64,000 bases of DNA from Gemmatimonadota bacterium (GCA_039588295.1 JBDHAB010000001.1:64001-128000); one strand, 5' to 3'. Shown: positions 47,665 to 57,903, numbered from the stretch's first letter. A program made the numbers and translations. The notes: generated by a model not told the origin, from the letters alone.

Positions 47665-50216
47665 CGGCGCGAGCGCCGACCGCGCCGCTGCCCCCGGCGT
47701 TCAGACGGCAGCGCAAGCAGGGCCCTCTGTAGTTCTTCCAGCGTCGCAGCGCGCACGACCTCGCGCCGGCCGCGGAATACGCTGAAACGAAGTGGTCTGG
47801 GCACCGTTGGGAGGTCCGCCGCTCTAAGACGCCGGGCCTGCTTTTCCCGCAGGCGCAGGCGCGCCACACCGACACCCCGTTCGATGTCGTATGTGAGGGG
47901 CACGCGGTCTCCAAAGATGGCGGCAGAACTCGGCAGGGCATCGAGCCCCTCCCGCGCTCCCTGAGAAAGAATCCCCTCCACCCGGAGCTCGAGCGGCTGC
48001 TCCATGAAGGCGTCCCAGCTCCCCACCGCGGCGAGCTGCTCTTTGACAACGGACGCGACGCTGGCCGGACTCGCCTCCTTGAGGGTGCCCCCGGACCGTT
48101 TCCAATAGTCCACGAGTCGCGCGGCTGCTCTCGCCACGCTCTGCTGGTTCGGGTGGCTCGTCGCTCCCCGGACCAGCGCCTGCGTCAGCGCGTCGCGTGC
48201 CCGATCCGCCATCGTCTCGGGAAACTCCCCAATCAGCGGCTTTCGCTCGGTGTCGAGCACGAATCCGTAATACTCGGTGGCCTTCGCGACGAACAGTCCC
48301 TCCCGCCGACGCGCCACACGATACTCGACGGTAGGCTCACTGCGGCGTGCATAGCGCTTGATGAGCTGGAATGGGATTGTCGTTCCTTCCATCGCGCCAC
48401 GGGCTACCCCGAAGCGATCGGCGAAGTAGCGCACCGACCCCGCGATCGCACCGCGGGGCGTGCACACGGACGAGTCGGAAAGACGCACACGATCACCGTC
48501 GGCTGTCTCACCGTCGATGGTCAGGTCGAACGGCATGTTCCGAGCGAGCAGGTCCTGAAACTCACGCAGTACGGCGCGGTTTGCCTCGGGCAGGGATGCC
48601 GGTATGGGCAGTTCCAACGTGCGATACACAGACGCCATGCCGAGCGCGATGTCTTCGACCGCCTTCACCAATACTCCCCGCTCTTCCGCCCACCGGTCGA
48701 CGCCCTCGTTGAACAGGTGCCGAGGTAGTCCATACACCTCGCCGAGATATCCGCACAGATTCACGGCCTCGGCATACACGTTGTAGGCAGTGAGGTGATC
48801 GCTCTCCCAGACCATGAGGCCCGTGAGCTCGGGTTCGTCCCGAGTCATGCGGTGCAGCGAATCGGTGCTGGCGGCAACCGAGACAAACGGGACGAGTCCG
48901 GTCGGAGCGTGGACGAGCAATTCCGCCCACGGTCGATCGACCGGCATCGCCTCGACGTCACGACCGTATTTCGTCAGTCGCCCGCGTTCGACGATCCCCC
49001 GATCGGTGAGACGTCGCACCGCCGCTCCGTACGCGTGGAGGTCAAGCGGCACGGGCAGCTCCAGGTCGGCGAGATCGACTCCGATGGCAGCGGCTGTCAG
49101 CGCGACGCGCTCACTGTCCCCGGCCAGTTGAAACTCGGGTGGTCCCGGCTCGAGCGAGAAGAAATCGACGTCTCGATCGGAGAGGATGTAGACCTGGCCA
49201 TCGGGGACGCGCCCGTGCACTCGCCCTGCCATCTGCAGAATCTCATTGGGCCCGAGGTATTGCCGGGTGAGGACGTTCCGGCCCCCTTGCACCAGGTTGC
49301 TGTAACAGGCGTCGTAGATCACGACGGTATCCAAGCCGTGGATATTGAGCGCGGATTGCCCCGCCTGGGTCATCGCAAGCACGAACGGTCGCTCGGCAGT
49401 ACCCTCGAGGAACGGGCGGATCGCCCGAATCGGTTCGCCGCCGTGGTAGAACGACGCGTTCAGCCGCGGCCATTGGTCGGTCAGCACCCCCGCCGCCTCC
49501 TCCACCTCGGCCCTCGTCGGGAGAAACACAGCAACACCACGACGCTGCTTCAGCACGCGGCGCACGAACCGGTCATCGAAGAACTCGACCGGGGTCGCCC
49601 GTCTGGTCTCGACCGTTGCGCTGAGTGCCCGATCGAACGCGGTTGTTTCCAGCACCGTGGCCGAGTCCAGGTAGCGTTCGTAGAAACTCGGATCAACGGT
49701 GGCGGAGAGCCACACGAAGCGGCAGCCCACGCGCTTGCCCAACGCGAGACACAGCTCCAGCTCGGCGGATGTCTGGTGTATCTCGTCGACGACGAGCGTA
49801 TCCTGCGGGAGAATCAGATCGTCCTGGAACCAGCGTCGCGCAATGCCTGTGGTGACGATCACGACGTTCCAGCTCGGTGTCTCGGGTGTGGCCTCGCGCT
49901 CACGGTTCACCACGCCGACCTTGAGCGGTGCTCTGACGGTTTCTTCCGCGATCGGCCGGATGGCGAGTGTCTTACCCGTCCCTGTGCCGGCCACGACACC
50001 GAAACCCACGCCGCCAGCGGCCAGCTCGCGGATTTCGTGCCCGTGCTCGCGTTCCAACACCGTTTCGAGGTTGAGTTGGCAGGCTAGCTCGATCGTCTCA
50101 CATGCGGCCCGCGTCGGGGCAATGACCACAACGCGCCCGGTTGCTGGCTCCGCACGGCGATACGCGTCCGGATCCGGCGGGAGATAGTGATCGCGGATGT
50201 GGGCGTGTGGGCTCAT
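47661..50216 (-). CDS. DExH-box helicase, HrpA/HrpB-like, atypical
   Basis: GTGTGKT, DEIH, SAT, VFLPT, QMAGRVHGR, GRLTKYG; start reset to ATG 50216. Confidence 0.8.
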   Translation of the reverse strand: MSPHAHIRDHYLPPDPDAYRRAEPATGRVVVIAPTRAACETIELACQLNLETVLEREHGHEIRELAAGGVGFGVVAGTGTGKTLAIRPIAEETVRAPLKVGVVNREREATPETPSWNVVIVTTGIARRWFQDDLILPQDTLVVDEIHQTSAELELCLALGKRVGCRFVWLSATVDPSFYERYLDSATVLETTAFDRALSATVETRRATPVEFFDDRFVRRVLKQRRGVAVFLPTRAEVEEAAGVLTDQWPRLNASFYHGGEPIRAIRPFLEGTAERPFVLAMTQAGQSALNIHGLDTVVIYDACYSNLVQGGRNVLTRQYLGPNEILQMAGRVHGRVPDGQVYILSDRDVDFFSLEPGPPEFQLAGDSERVALTAAAIGVDLADLELPVPLDLHAYGAAVRRLTDRGIVERGRLTKYGRDVEAMPVDRPWAELLVHAPTGLVPFVSVAASTDSLHRMTRDEPELTGLMVWESDHLTAYNVYAEAVNLCGYLGEVYGLPRHLFNEGVDRWAEERGVLVKAVEDIALGMASVYRTLELPIPASLPEANRAVLREFQDLLARNMPFDLTIDGETADGDRVRLSDSSVCTPRGAIAGSVRYFADRFGVARGAMEGTTIPFQLIKRYARRSEPTVEYRVARRREGLFVAKATEYYGFVLDTERKPLIGEFPETMADRARDALTQALVRGATSHPNQQSVARAAARLVDYWKRSGGTLKEASPASVASVVKEQLAAVGSWDAFMEQPLELRVEGILSQGAREGLDALPSSAAIFGDRVPLTYDIERGVGVARLRLREKQARRLRAADLPTVPRPLRFSVFRGRREVVRAATLEELQRALLALPSERRGQRRGRRSRR

Positions 50217-50301
50217 GCGAGGCGGCCGACCCGCACGGGGTCGGGCTGGGAGCTGCAGCGTAAGTGGTCCTCGGCGCCACGAGGCGGGGCGGAGGCAAAC
50301 G

Positions 50302-51381
50302 TCAGTCTCCCAGGCAGATCCCCATCTCCCTGGCGGCGTGCACCGTGTCTGACTCGAGCGGCACTTGATTCGGTTTCCCGGTAATCGCTTCCAGCGCAAC
50401 GGTCTTCATCTCCGGCGGGTCCAGCGCGACCATGTGGCCAAACTGGCCGTCCGCGACGGCCCGAACCGCAGCGGCACCGAACCGGAGTCCGAGCAGGCGG
50501 TCCCACGCCGACGGTGAGCCCCCCCGTAACAGGTGCCCGAGGGTCAGGGATCGCGTTTCCTTGCCCGTGTGTTCGCCAATCGCGGCGGCAACCTCCTCCG
50601 CCACTCCACCCAAACGCTCCACACCGCCGGCCACGCCCTCTGCCTTCACCGTCACCGTGCCATGCTTGGACCGCGCCCCTTCGGCAACCACAACGATGCT
50701 GAAGTGGCGGCCCATTGCCTCGCGTCTACGGATCTTCTGATATACGGACTCCAGGTCGAACGGTACCTCCGGGATCAGAATGACGTCTGCGCCACCACTC
50801 ATGCCCGCATTGAGCGCAATCCACCCGGCGGAGCGACCCATGACCTCAACCACAAGGACCCGGTCGTGCGACTCGGCGGTCGAGTGGAGCCGGTCGAGTG
50901 CGTCCGTCGCCGTCTGAACCGCCGTGTCGAAGCCGAACGTGATCACGGTCCCGGGCACGTCTCGGTCGATCGTCTTCGGCACGCCGACCACTGGAAGCCC
51001 CTTCTTCCACAGACCGTGGGCGATGTGCAGGGTGCCATCACCACCAACGGCGATCAACGCGTCCAGGGCAAGCTGCTTGAACGACTCGAGCACCTCGTCC
51101 GACCGGTCCCGCTCCGTCCATTTGCCATCCGTCTGCAGCTGGGGCCAGCGAAACGGGTTCCCGCGATTCGTGGTGCCGAGGATAGTGCCGCCGAGGTGGA
51201 CGATGCCCCGCACGCTCTCCTGATCCATCGGCACGACGCGGGCACTGCCGAGCAGACCGGCAAAGCCACGCATGATGCCGAACACCTCCCACCCCCGCTG
51301 CCGCGCGGACAACACAATGGCCCGGATGACAGCGTTCAGGCCCGGAGCGTCTCCGCCGCCGGTCGAGATAGCGATGCGCAT
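50302..51381 (-). CDS. pfkA: 6-phosphofructokinase
   Basis: GGGDAPGLN, GGTILGT, GGDGT, PKTID, EVMGR. Confidence 0.92.
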   Translation of the reverse strand: MRIAISTGGGDAPGLNAVIRAIVLSARQRGWEVFGIMRGFAGLLGSARVVPMDQESVRGIVHLGGTILGTTNRGNPFRWPQLQTDGKWTERDRSDEVLESFKQLALDALIAVGGDGTLHIAHGLWKKGLPVVGVPKTIDRDVPGTVITFGFDTAVQTATDALDRLHSTAESHDRVLVVEVMGRSAGWIALNAGMSGGADVILIPEVPFDLESVYQKIRRREAMGRHFSIVVVAEGARSKHGTVTVKAEGVAGGVERLGGVAEEVAAAIGEHTGKETRSLTLGHLLRGGSPSAWDRLLGLRFGAAAVRAVADGQFGHMVALDPPEMKTVALEAITGKPNQVPLESDTVHAAREMGICLGD

Positions 51382-51396
51382 TGCTGCCGGAACGGG

Positions 51397-51627
51397 CTAG
51401 GCGAGATGGTCCTGCATGAGCCGCAGGACCTCACCGGGCTCGGCGTGGCGTCCGAGCTCAGCCTTGGAGAACACGAGAGTGCGATCGACGGTGACTTCGA
51501 AGACCCCACCGGACGACTCGATGAGCCGTACCTTCGTGCCCGGGTATGCCTCGCGGATCTCGGCCGCCAGACCGGCAGCCCGCGGTTCGTACCCTCAAAC
51601 TCCGCAATACTGGATCGATACCTTCAC
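51397..51627 (-). CDS. Rdx/SelW-family selenoprotein (in-frame UGA read as Sec)
   Basis: SD GGAGG plus GTG; MKVSIQYCGV[TGA]GYEPRAAGLAAEI...GGVFEVTVDRTLVFSK...GRHAEPGEVL; TGA at 51595-51597. Confidence 0.9.
51562..51580 (-). promoter_or_regulatory. Bacterial SECIS-like hairpin
   Basis: GGCUGCC-GGUCU-GGCGGCC with the loop 21 nt after the UGA; GGUCU apex resembles the E. coli fdhF SECIS. Confidence 0.7.
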
Positions 51628-51775
51628 ACACCCTCCGGGATTGGCTCATGTTGTCGTCGTAAGCTAACCCGGGAAGGGACCGCGTGGCCAAACGCAGTGC
51701 CGGCTGGACACCAAAGACCCGTGAGTGACCTGGCTCACTGTGGCAGGACAGGTCCCAAGCACTAGATTTGCCTTC

Positions 51776-53368
51776 ATGCACACGCTCACCGTGAAAGCAC
51801 TTCGATCGGCCGCGGGCTTGCTGCTCTCGACGGTCATGCTCACCGCCTCGCTCAAGGCACAGGTTGCTAACCCGTGGCAGGTCGAGCTCGGCGCGTTCGG
51901 CACCGGCATCAAGTACGATTCCGACAATGCCGCACTCGCGTCCAAGTTCGGGGCGGGAGGGCGGCTCGGGCTCTTCCTGAGCCGGATCTTCTCGCTCGAG
52001 GCGAGCGGAGATTACACGCAGACCGAGGAGTCGGTGTCTGCGGCGAGTGTAAACGTCTCCCGGCTCCGTGGCACACTCTACGCGAACACCCGCCCCACCA
52101 TGCTTGGCCGCGTGTATCTCGGAGCGGGTTACTCCCGTCTGTACTATCGTGGCGCCACGGACGGCGAAGACAACGGTATGCATCTCGTCCTCGGCGACCT
52201 CCTCTCCCTGGGCGGCCGAACGGCCTTTCGCATCGAGGGGCTCATGGAGTTCCTGCCCAGCTCGGTCCGGTCGCTCACTAACAGCACTGCGATCAACTTC
52301 GGTGCAGCCGCTGGCCTTTCCATCTTTGCCTTCGGCGGGCCGCCGCGCGACTCCGATCGAGATCGGGTCGCGAATAAGATCGACGAGTGCCCCGACACGC
52401 CGTACGGCGCCAGTGTCGATCAGCAGGGCTGCCCGTTGGATGGGGATATCGATGGTGTGTTCGACGGCCTCGATCAGTGCCCCGATACGCCATCCGGGGC
52501 ATTTGTGGACGCGCTCGGCTGTCCGAGCGACACCGATGATGACGGGGTGTTCGACGGCGTGGACGTGTGCCCCAACACGCCGGCGGCTGCCGAGGTCGAC
52601 CCGAACGGCTGCCCGACGGACGGAGACGCGGATGGGGTCTTCGACGGACTCGATCAGTGTCCCAACACCCCGCGCGGCGCCACCGTGGACACCGATGGCT
52701 GTCCGTCCGACAGCGACCGTGACGGGGTGTTCGACGGCATCGATCAATGTCCCGCCACACCGTTCGGCATGACGGTTGACGAGCAGGGCTGCCCCACAGA
52801 TGCCGACGGCGATGGGGTCGTCAACGATCTCGATCAGTGCCCCAATACGCCTCCGGGCGCCGAAGTCGACGCCACCGGATGCACCATCGAGCGGGATACC
52901 GACGGTGACGGGATCCCCGACGGCCGCGACCGCTGCCCCAACACGGCACCGGGTCAAAACGTCGACGCCGTGGGTTGCCCGATCCTGTTCCAGATATCCG
53001 ACGAGGGCGTCGCACAACCCTTGGTCCTCCGCGGGGTGAACTTTGAGACGGGCCGGTCCGCCCTGACGCAGGACTCGTATGCGATCCTCAACGAGGTAGC
53101 TGCTTCACTACTTGCCAACGCTGACGTCCGCGTTGAGGTCGCCGGGCACACGGATATCACAGGTCCGATGGCGCTCAACCAGAGACTATCGCTGGAGCGG
53201 GCACAGGCCGTGAAGGCCTACCTTGCACGCCAGGGTGTCGAACCCTCCCGCATGGTGGCACGCGGGTACGGCCCCGATGAACCGATCGCGACCAACGCCA
53301 CAGTAGCTGGCCGTGCCCAAAACCGGCGCGTGGAACTCAAGCTGCTGGAGGAGGCCCCGAGGCAGTAA
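51776..53368 (+). CDS. OmpA family protein with thrombospondin type-3 (Ca-binding) repeats
   Basis: Signal peptide, beta-barrel, D.D.DGV.D..D.CP repeats, GHTD, LSLERA, NRRVE. Confidence 0.9.
   Translation: MHTLTVKALRSAAGLLLSTVMLTASLKAQVANPWQVELGAFGTGIKYDSDNAALASKFGAGGRLGLFLSRIFSLEASGDYTQTEESVSAASVNVSRLRGTLYANTRPTMLGRVYLGAGYSRLYYRGATDGEDNGMHLVLGDLLSLGGRTAFRIEGLMEFLPSSVRSLTNSTAINFGAAAGLSIFAFGGPPRDSDRDRVANKIDECPDTPYGASVDQQGCPLDGDIDGVFDGLDQCPDTPSGAFVDALGCPSDTDDDGVFDGVDVCPNTPAAAEVDPNGCPTDGDADGVFDGLDQCPNTPRGATVDTDGCPSDSDRDGVFDGIDQCPATPFGMTVDEQGCPTDADGDGVVNDLDQCPNTPPGAEVDATGCTIERDTDGDGIPDGRDRCPNTAPGQNVDAVGCPILFQISDEGVAQPLVLRGVNFETGRSALTQDSYAILNEVAASLLANADVRVEVAGHTDITGPMALNQRLSLERAQAVKAYLARQGVEPSRMVARGYGPDEPIATNATVAGRAQNRRVELKLLEEAPRQ
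52349..52981 (+). repeat. Seven coding tandem repeats of about 90 bp (TSP3-like)
   Basis: Units of the form D.D.DGVFDG.D.CP.TP.GA.VD..GCP. Confidence 0.85.
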
Positions 53369-53492
53369 GCTGCTTGCAAGCGGACAGATCTACAGGGGAG
53401 ACGGCTCGGGAAGCGGTGACTTCCAGCGTGCCGTCTCTCACTGTCTCCGCAGGCCACGCATCCGAGAACCGAAGGGAGACGTCGATAGCATC

Positions 53493-54851
53493 GTGAGTTC
53501 GAACGCGGCTGCGCGCCCGGCGGGTGCGATGTTGACGGCAGCACTGGGCATCGCATGCTTGGGATCCCTCGCCATTGCCCAGCAGGGGAACCTCCCCGGT
53601 TGGCTCCACCCGCCGCACCACGTCGGGCAGGTTCCCGACTACGCCGTTGACATCGCGACGGACGGCCTGCTCTCAATCCGCATGCCGGCACTCCCTGAGG
53701 GCGCCCCTCGCTATCTCTCCCTGTTTCGCGGCGAGCGCACACCAAACTATCTCGCCGCCATGCACCCGCACTCGACCGGCGCGATTCGCATACCGCCACC
53801 GCCAGCAGGTGAAGCGCCTGCTGTCGTCCGGGGCGTCTACATGAACGGGTGGGTGTTTGCATCGAGCCGATTCTTCGAGCTCGTCGAGCTCGCCGATTCG
53901 ACCGAGATCAACGCGTTCGTCATCGATGTGAAAGACGCCACGGGCTTTCTGACGTACCGGTCCAGCGTTCCCACCGCTGAGCAGATCGGGGCAAACCGCC
54001 GGATCCGAACACGGAATGCCGCCGAGCGCCTGGCACTCCTCGAAGCGCACGGCATTCACCCAATCGCTCGCATCGTGGTCGCACGGGACGCATTGCTCGC
54101 CCGGAACAAGCCGAATTGGGCCATTCGAGATTCGAGCGGGAGCTTGTGGTATGACGGGCTCGGAGAGCCGTGGGTCGACGCATTCAACGACTCCGTCTGG
54201 CGTTACGCCGCGGACCTTGCGGCCGAGGCGATACTGACCGGCTTCAGGGAGGTACAGTTCGATTACGTGCGGTTCCCCGACGAGCCGCCGCGCCGGCTGA
54301 ACCGCACCGTCTATCCGGCGCGGAGGCCGGGAGAGAGCAGACGCGCCGGGATCCGACGGAACGTCGGCCTCCTTCGAGATGGAGTTGCTGGTCTTGGCGT
54401 CCCGTTCACGTTGGATGTTTTCGGGCTCACGACAAGCGCCACCGGTGACATGGGAATCGGTCAGGTATGGGAAGATCTCGCCTCGGCTGCGGACGTGATC
54501 CTCCCGATGGTCTACCCAAGTCACTACCGTCGGGGAGCCTACGGATTGCGGCACCCGAACGCGGAGCCGTACACGATCGTGCGGCGTGCGCTCGAGGATG
54601 CTATCCAGCGCTCGCGTGGTCTACCCGAGCCGGTGCGGATTCGGCCGTACCTTCAGGCGTTCAGCATCTACCGCGTGCGCTACACGGCCGCCGAGGTTCG
54701 CGCACAGATCCAGGCGGTGGAAGACGTCGGTCTCACCGAGTGGATATTGTGGAATGCGCGGGGTGTGTACCCCGCGGCAGCTTTCCGGCCGCTGAATCAA
54801 GCCGACCCGCTGCCGGTACCGATCGCTGATAGTGATGGGTCGGCCCGGTAG
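53493..54851 (+). CDS. Putative glycoside hydrolase (DUF4015-like)
   Basis: VRGVY, VIDVKD, ARIVV..D, QFDYVRFP, DVFG, PMVYPSHY, RPYLQAF; start uncertain. Confidence 0.78.
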   Translation: MSSNAAARPAGAMLTAALGIACLGSLAIAQQGNLPGWLHPPHHVGQVPDYAVDIATDGLLSIRMPALPEGAPRYLSLFRGERTPNYLAAMHPHSTGAIRIPPPPAGEAPAVVRGVYMNGWVFASSRFFELVELADSTEINAFVIDVKDATGFLTYRSSVPTAEQIGANRRIRTRNAAERLALLEAHGIHPIARIVVARDALLARNKPNWAIRDSSGSLWYDGLGEPWVDAFNDSVWRYAADLAAEAILTGFREVQFDYVRFPDEPPRRLNRTVYPARRPGESRRAGIRRNVGLLRDGVAGLGVPFTLDVFGLTTSATGDMGIGQVWEDLASAADVILPMVYPSHYRRGAYGLRHPNAEPYTIVRRALEDAIQRSRGLPEPVRIRPYLQAFSIYRVRYTAAEVRAQIQAVEDVGLTEWILWNARGVYPAAAFRPLNQADPLPVPIADSDGSAR

Positions 54852-54864
54852 CGCGTACGGTACC

Positions 54865-56907
54865 CTACCCTAGCGCGCCCGCCCTGACCGCCGCGGGCTC
54901 CCAAGCCTCGATGTACCCCCTGATCGCACTCGCCGCGGTGGTGTAGGGACTCGCGAGGTAGAGCTGTCCCGGGCCCGAGCGTCCAGGGAAGTTCCGATTG
55001 ATCGCGCTCACGGTCACCGTGTCGCGGTCGTACGACACGCCGGGACCGGCATTGATGCATGCTCCGCACGAGGGTTCGATGAACTCGGCCCCTACGTCGT
55101 GGAACACCTGCAGATACCCGCGTTCGTCACAGTAACGTTTCACGTCCTGCGACCCACATTGGATGAAGCACTTCACGTCGGGGTGTACGCGCAGACCGCG
55201 GTTCAGTGCATCCTGGAAGACCGCAGCGTACATGTCCATGTCCGACTTCTTGCCCGCGGTGCACGAGCCCGCATACGCAATATCGATCTTCACCGAGGTG
55301 CCGAGCTCGTGAATGAACAGGCCGTTGCCAGGATCCCCCGGCAGCGCAACCATCGGCTGCAACTCGGTCGCGTCGATGTCGATGATGGTCTCGAAACTCG
55401 CGTCGGGATCCGAGTACAGCCCATCCAGCAGGCGACGGACTTCGGCAGCGTGTACGCCGCGCTCGCGAACCAGGAAATCCACGGCCTTCTCGTCGGGCTT
55501 GATGATACCCGTAAACGCGCCCACCTCGGCCGCCATGTTGGTCATCGTCGCGCGCTCGTCGACCGACAGGGCCTCCACCGCCTCCCCGGCGTACTCGACG
55601 ATCTTGCCAATCGCGTGCCCGTTCTTGACGTAGGGGTGGCGCAGGATCTGCAGCATAAAGTCCTTTGCCGTCACGTTGTCCGGCGTCCGGCCGCGCACCC
55701 GTACCAATACGCACGGCGGAACACGCATGCGCACGTCTTTTGTCAGCCACGAGTTGAAGATCGCGGTCGTGCCGACGCCGAACGCGACGGCGCCGATGGC
55801 CCCGGCGTGCGGCGTGTGAGAGTCGCTCCCGATGATCAAGTGCCCCGGCAGCGCATGCTGTTCGAGAATCTTCGAGTGGCAAATAGCCTCTGATCCCTGC
55901 ACCATCATGTGAGTCCCAAGTCGCGGGAGCTCACCATACAGCGTGACGCCCTGCTGGGCGGCGAAGGTCTCCTGTTTCGCCTTGAGTTCCAGCGCCACGT
56001 CGAGCAGCCCTTGCGCCTTTCGCTCCTCAGTCATGGCAAGCTCGAGAAACGTCAGGTGGTCCCGAAACAAGAAGACTGATCCGGGATCGACGATCTTCTC
56101 ATCCTCGCCCACGTGATTCCGCCAGAAGATCGCCGCCATCGGAGTCACGTACTCGTGGCTGAAACGGATGTCCGTGCGCACGAACCCTTCGTCGCCCGTC
56201 GCGACAGCCGGCACGCCGACGTCGTTCGTGGCCAGGTCGGTGACCCAGTGTCGCGCGATGATCTTTTCGGCGAGTGTCATCGGCCGTCGCGAGACGGCGA
56301 CAGCCGGAACGGTGACCTTGCCCTGCATCCGCGCGACGTTGTACTGGAAGAGTCCACCGTACTCGATGATGCCTCTGGTGATCTCCCCCTCACCCTCGGT
56401 AAACGCCGTCAGTGGGATCTCCTCTCCCCGTCGCAACCGATCGAGAAGCGAGAAATCCGTACTGGTCAGCATGCCAAGGTTCTGGCAGTTCTCTCGGTAG
56501 ATCCGTTCGATGTTTTCAGCGATCACCAACTGAATGCCGGCACACATCTCCGCGTACGGCGACTGCTCACGAGAGGAGCCCTTACCCCGTCGCTTGCCGC
56601 TCACCGAGCAATCGAATCCGCCACCACGCACGCTACCTGGCGTCACCGGAAAATCGTCCCCGGCCTTGAGACCCAGGTACGGAAAGTCGCCGAGCGTCTC
56701 GTCGTAGTAGTAGCAGATGTATGCGGGGGTGATCTCGTCGGTCGAGATGTCGTCGCGGAGCGGGGCATCCAGCGGCCAGGTTAGGTCCTCACCTTCTAGC
56801 TGCCGCGTCACGAGCGTGGCGTCATCGGCCAGGAACAGTATCCGGCCATCGAGACGCACGAAATCCGGCCGTTTGGTGAGGGGTCGGGTCTTGAGGCTAT
56901 CGATCAT
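54865..56907 (-). CDS. Aconitase/isopropylmalate-dehydratase family protein with swivel domain fused N-terminally
   Basis: ISTDEITP and GSSRE, then MTLAEKI, GSDSHT, GSCT, CGAC, NRNFPGR, LASP. Confidence 0.85.
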   Translation of the reverse strand: MIDSLKTRPLTKRPDFVRLDGRILFLADDATLVTRQLEGEDLTWPLDAPLRDDISTDEITPAYICYYYDETLGDFPYLGLKAGDDFPVTPGSVRGGGFDCSVSGKRRGKGSSREQSPYAEMCAGIQLVIAENIERIYRENCQNLGMLTSTDFSLLDRLRRGEEIPLTAFTEGEGEITRGIIEYGGLFQYNVARMQGKVTVPAVAVSRRPMTLAEKIIARHWVTDLATNDVGVPAVATGDEGFVRTDIRFSHEYVTPMAAIFWRNHVGEDEKIVDPGSVFLFRDHLTFLELAMTEERKAQGLLDVALELKAKQETFAAQQGVTLYGELPRLGTHMMVQGSEAICHSKILEQHALPGHLIIGSDSHTPHAGAIGAVAFGVGTTAIFNSWLTKDVRMRVPPCVLVRVRGRTPDNVTAKDFMLQILRHPYVKNGHAIGKIVEYAGEAVEALSVDERATMTNMAAEVGAFTGIIKPDEKAVDFLVRERGVHAAEVRRLLDGLYSDPDASFETIIDIDATELQPMVALPGDPGNGLFIHELGTSVKIDIAYAGSCTAGKKSDMDMYAAVFQDALNRGLRVHPDVKCFIQCGSQDVKRYCDERGYLQVFHDVGAEFIEPSCGACINAGPGVSYDRDTVTVSAINRNFPGRSGPGQLYLASPYTTAASAIRGYIEAWEPAAVRAGALG

Positions 56908-56968
56908 AGGGGTCGTAAGTTGCCCGCTCCGTTTCGGTCAGGCAAGCGGCCATGTACAATACGGCATC

Positions 56969-57892
56969 ATGCCGGCCACACGTGTGCACAGGTGCCTGCG
57001 GAGGCTACGGAGCGCGACGCCACTTGCACTCGTCGTGGTCGGATTGCACGAGAGCGCTCGCGCGCAGGTGGCGGAGCCCACGCTGTTTCAAATCACCGGA
57101 GCCTTCTCTTCGCCCAAGCTCACCGAGAGCTCAGGAGTTGCTGTGAGTCGCCGGTTCCCGGGAGTCCTGTGGACGCACAACGACTCCGGCGACGAGCCGA
57201 GAATCTACGCCACGTCGATTACTGGCAACGTGCTCGCCGAGTATCCGGTGGGTGGGGCGCGGGCGATCGATTGGGAGGATATTGCGCTGGGGCCCTGCCC
57301 CGACACACCGGAGGCCTGTCTCTACATCGGCGACATCGGTGACAACTTCGAGCGTCGGGAGCATGTGACGATTTACATCGTCCGAGAGCCGACGTTGCTC
57401 GCTACCAAGGGTCCGCTTCCGGCACGCTCCCTTGTCGTGCGGTACGCCGCCGGGCCGCGGGATTCAGAAGCGCTGGCGGTCACCGCCGCAGGGGATGTCC
57501 TCCTGATATCAAGGGGTCGATCCGGCCCGATCCAGCTCTACCGCATCGCACGTTCGGACACCGTGCGAGACACGGTGGTCGTGCACGATGGGAAGCCCCT
57601 GGGCATTGTGCCGCAACGCGCTGCTGGTCGTTTGGCCACTGGAGCCGCGGTGTCCCCGAGCGGCACGATCCTCGTCGTGCGAACGTACACGCAGCTCTTC
57701 TTCTTCCGGTTGGACGAACCGACGACCCAGATCCATGCCGCCGGAAGCTGCTGGTTGGGGCTCCGCGAGCCGCAGGGGGAGGCCGTCGACTTCTTGGACG
57801 ACAGTACCCTGGTGCTCACCAGCGAGGTGGCGTTCGGGCGCGCCGGCACCATCTCCCGGGTGCGGTGCTCGTTTGGAGACGAGCGTCGCTAG
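56969..57892 (+). CDS. Secreted beta-propeller-like protein
   Basis: ESSG, WTHNDSG, DWED, IGDIGDN, DSEAL, QGEAV. Confidence 0.65.
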   Translation: MPATRVHRCLRRLRSATPLALVVVGLHESARAQVAEPTLFQITGAFSSPKLTESSGVAVSRRFPGVLWTHNDSGDEPRIYATSITGNVLAEYPVGGARAIDWEDIALGPCPDTPEACLYIGDIGDNFERREHVTIYIVREPTLLATKGPLPARSLVVRYAAGPRDSEALAVTAAGDVLLISRGRSGPIQLYRIARSDTVRDTVVVHDGKPLGIVPQRAAGRLATGAAVSPSGTILVVRTYTQLFFFRLDEPTTQIHAAGSCWLGLREPQGEAVDFLDDSTLVLTSEVAFGRAGTISRVRCSFGDERR

Positions 57893-57903
57893 GACGGTAG
57901 ACC

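Noticed and set aside
52349..52981. CRISPR-like periodic array
   Set aside because: In-frame degenerate coding repeats of OmpA; no unique spacers or cas genes
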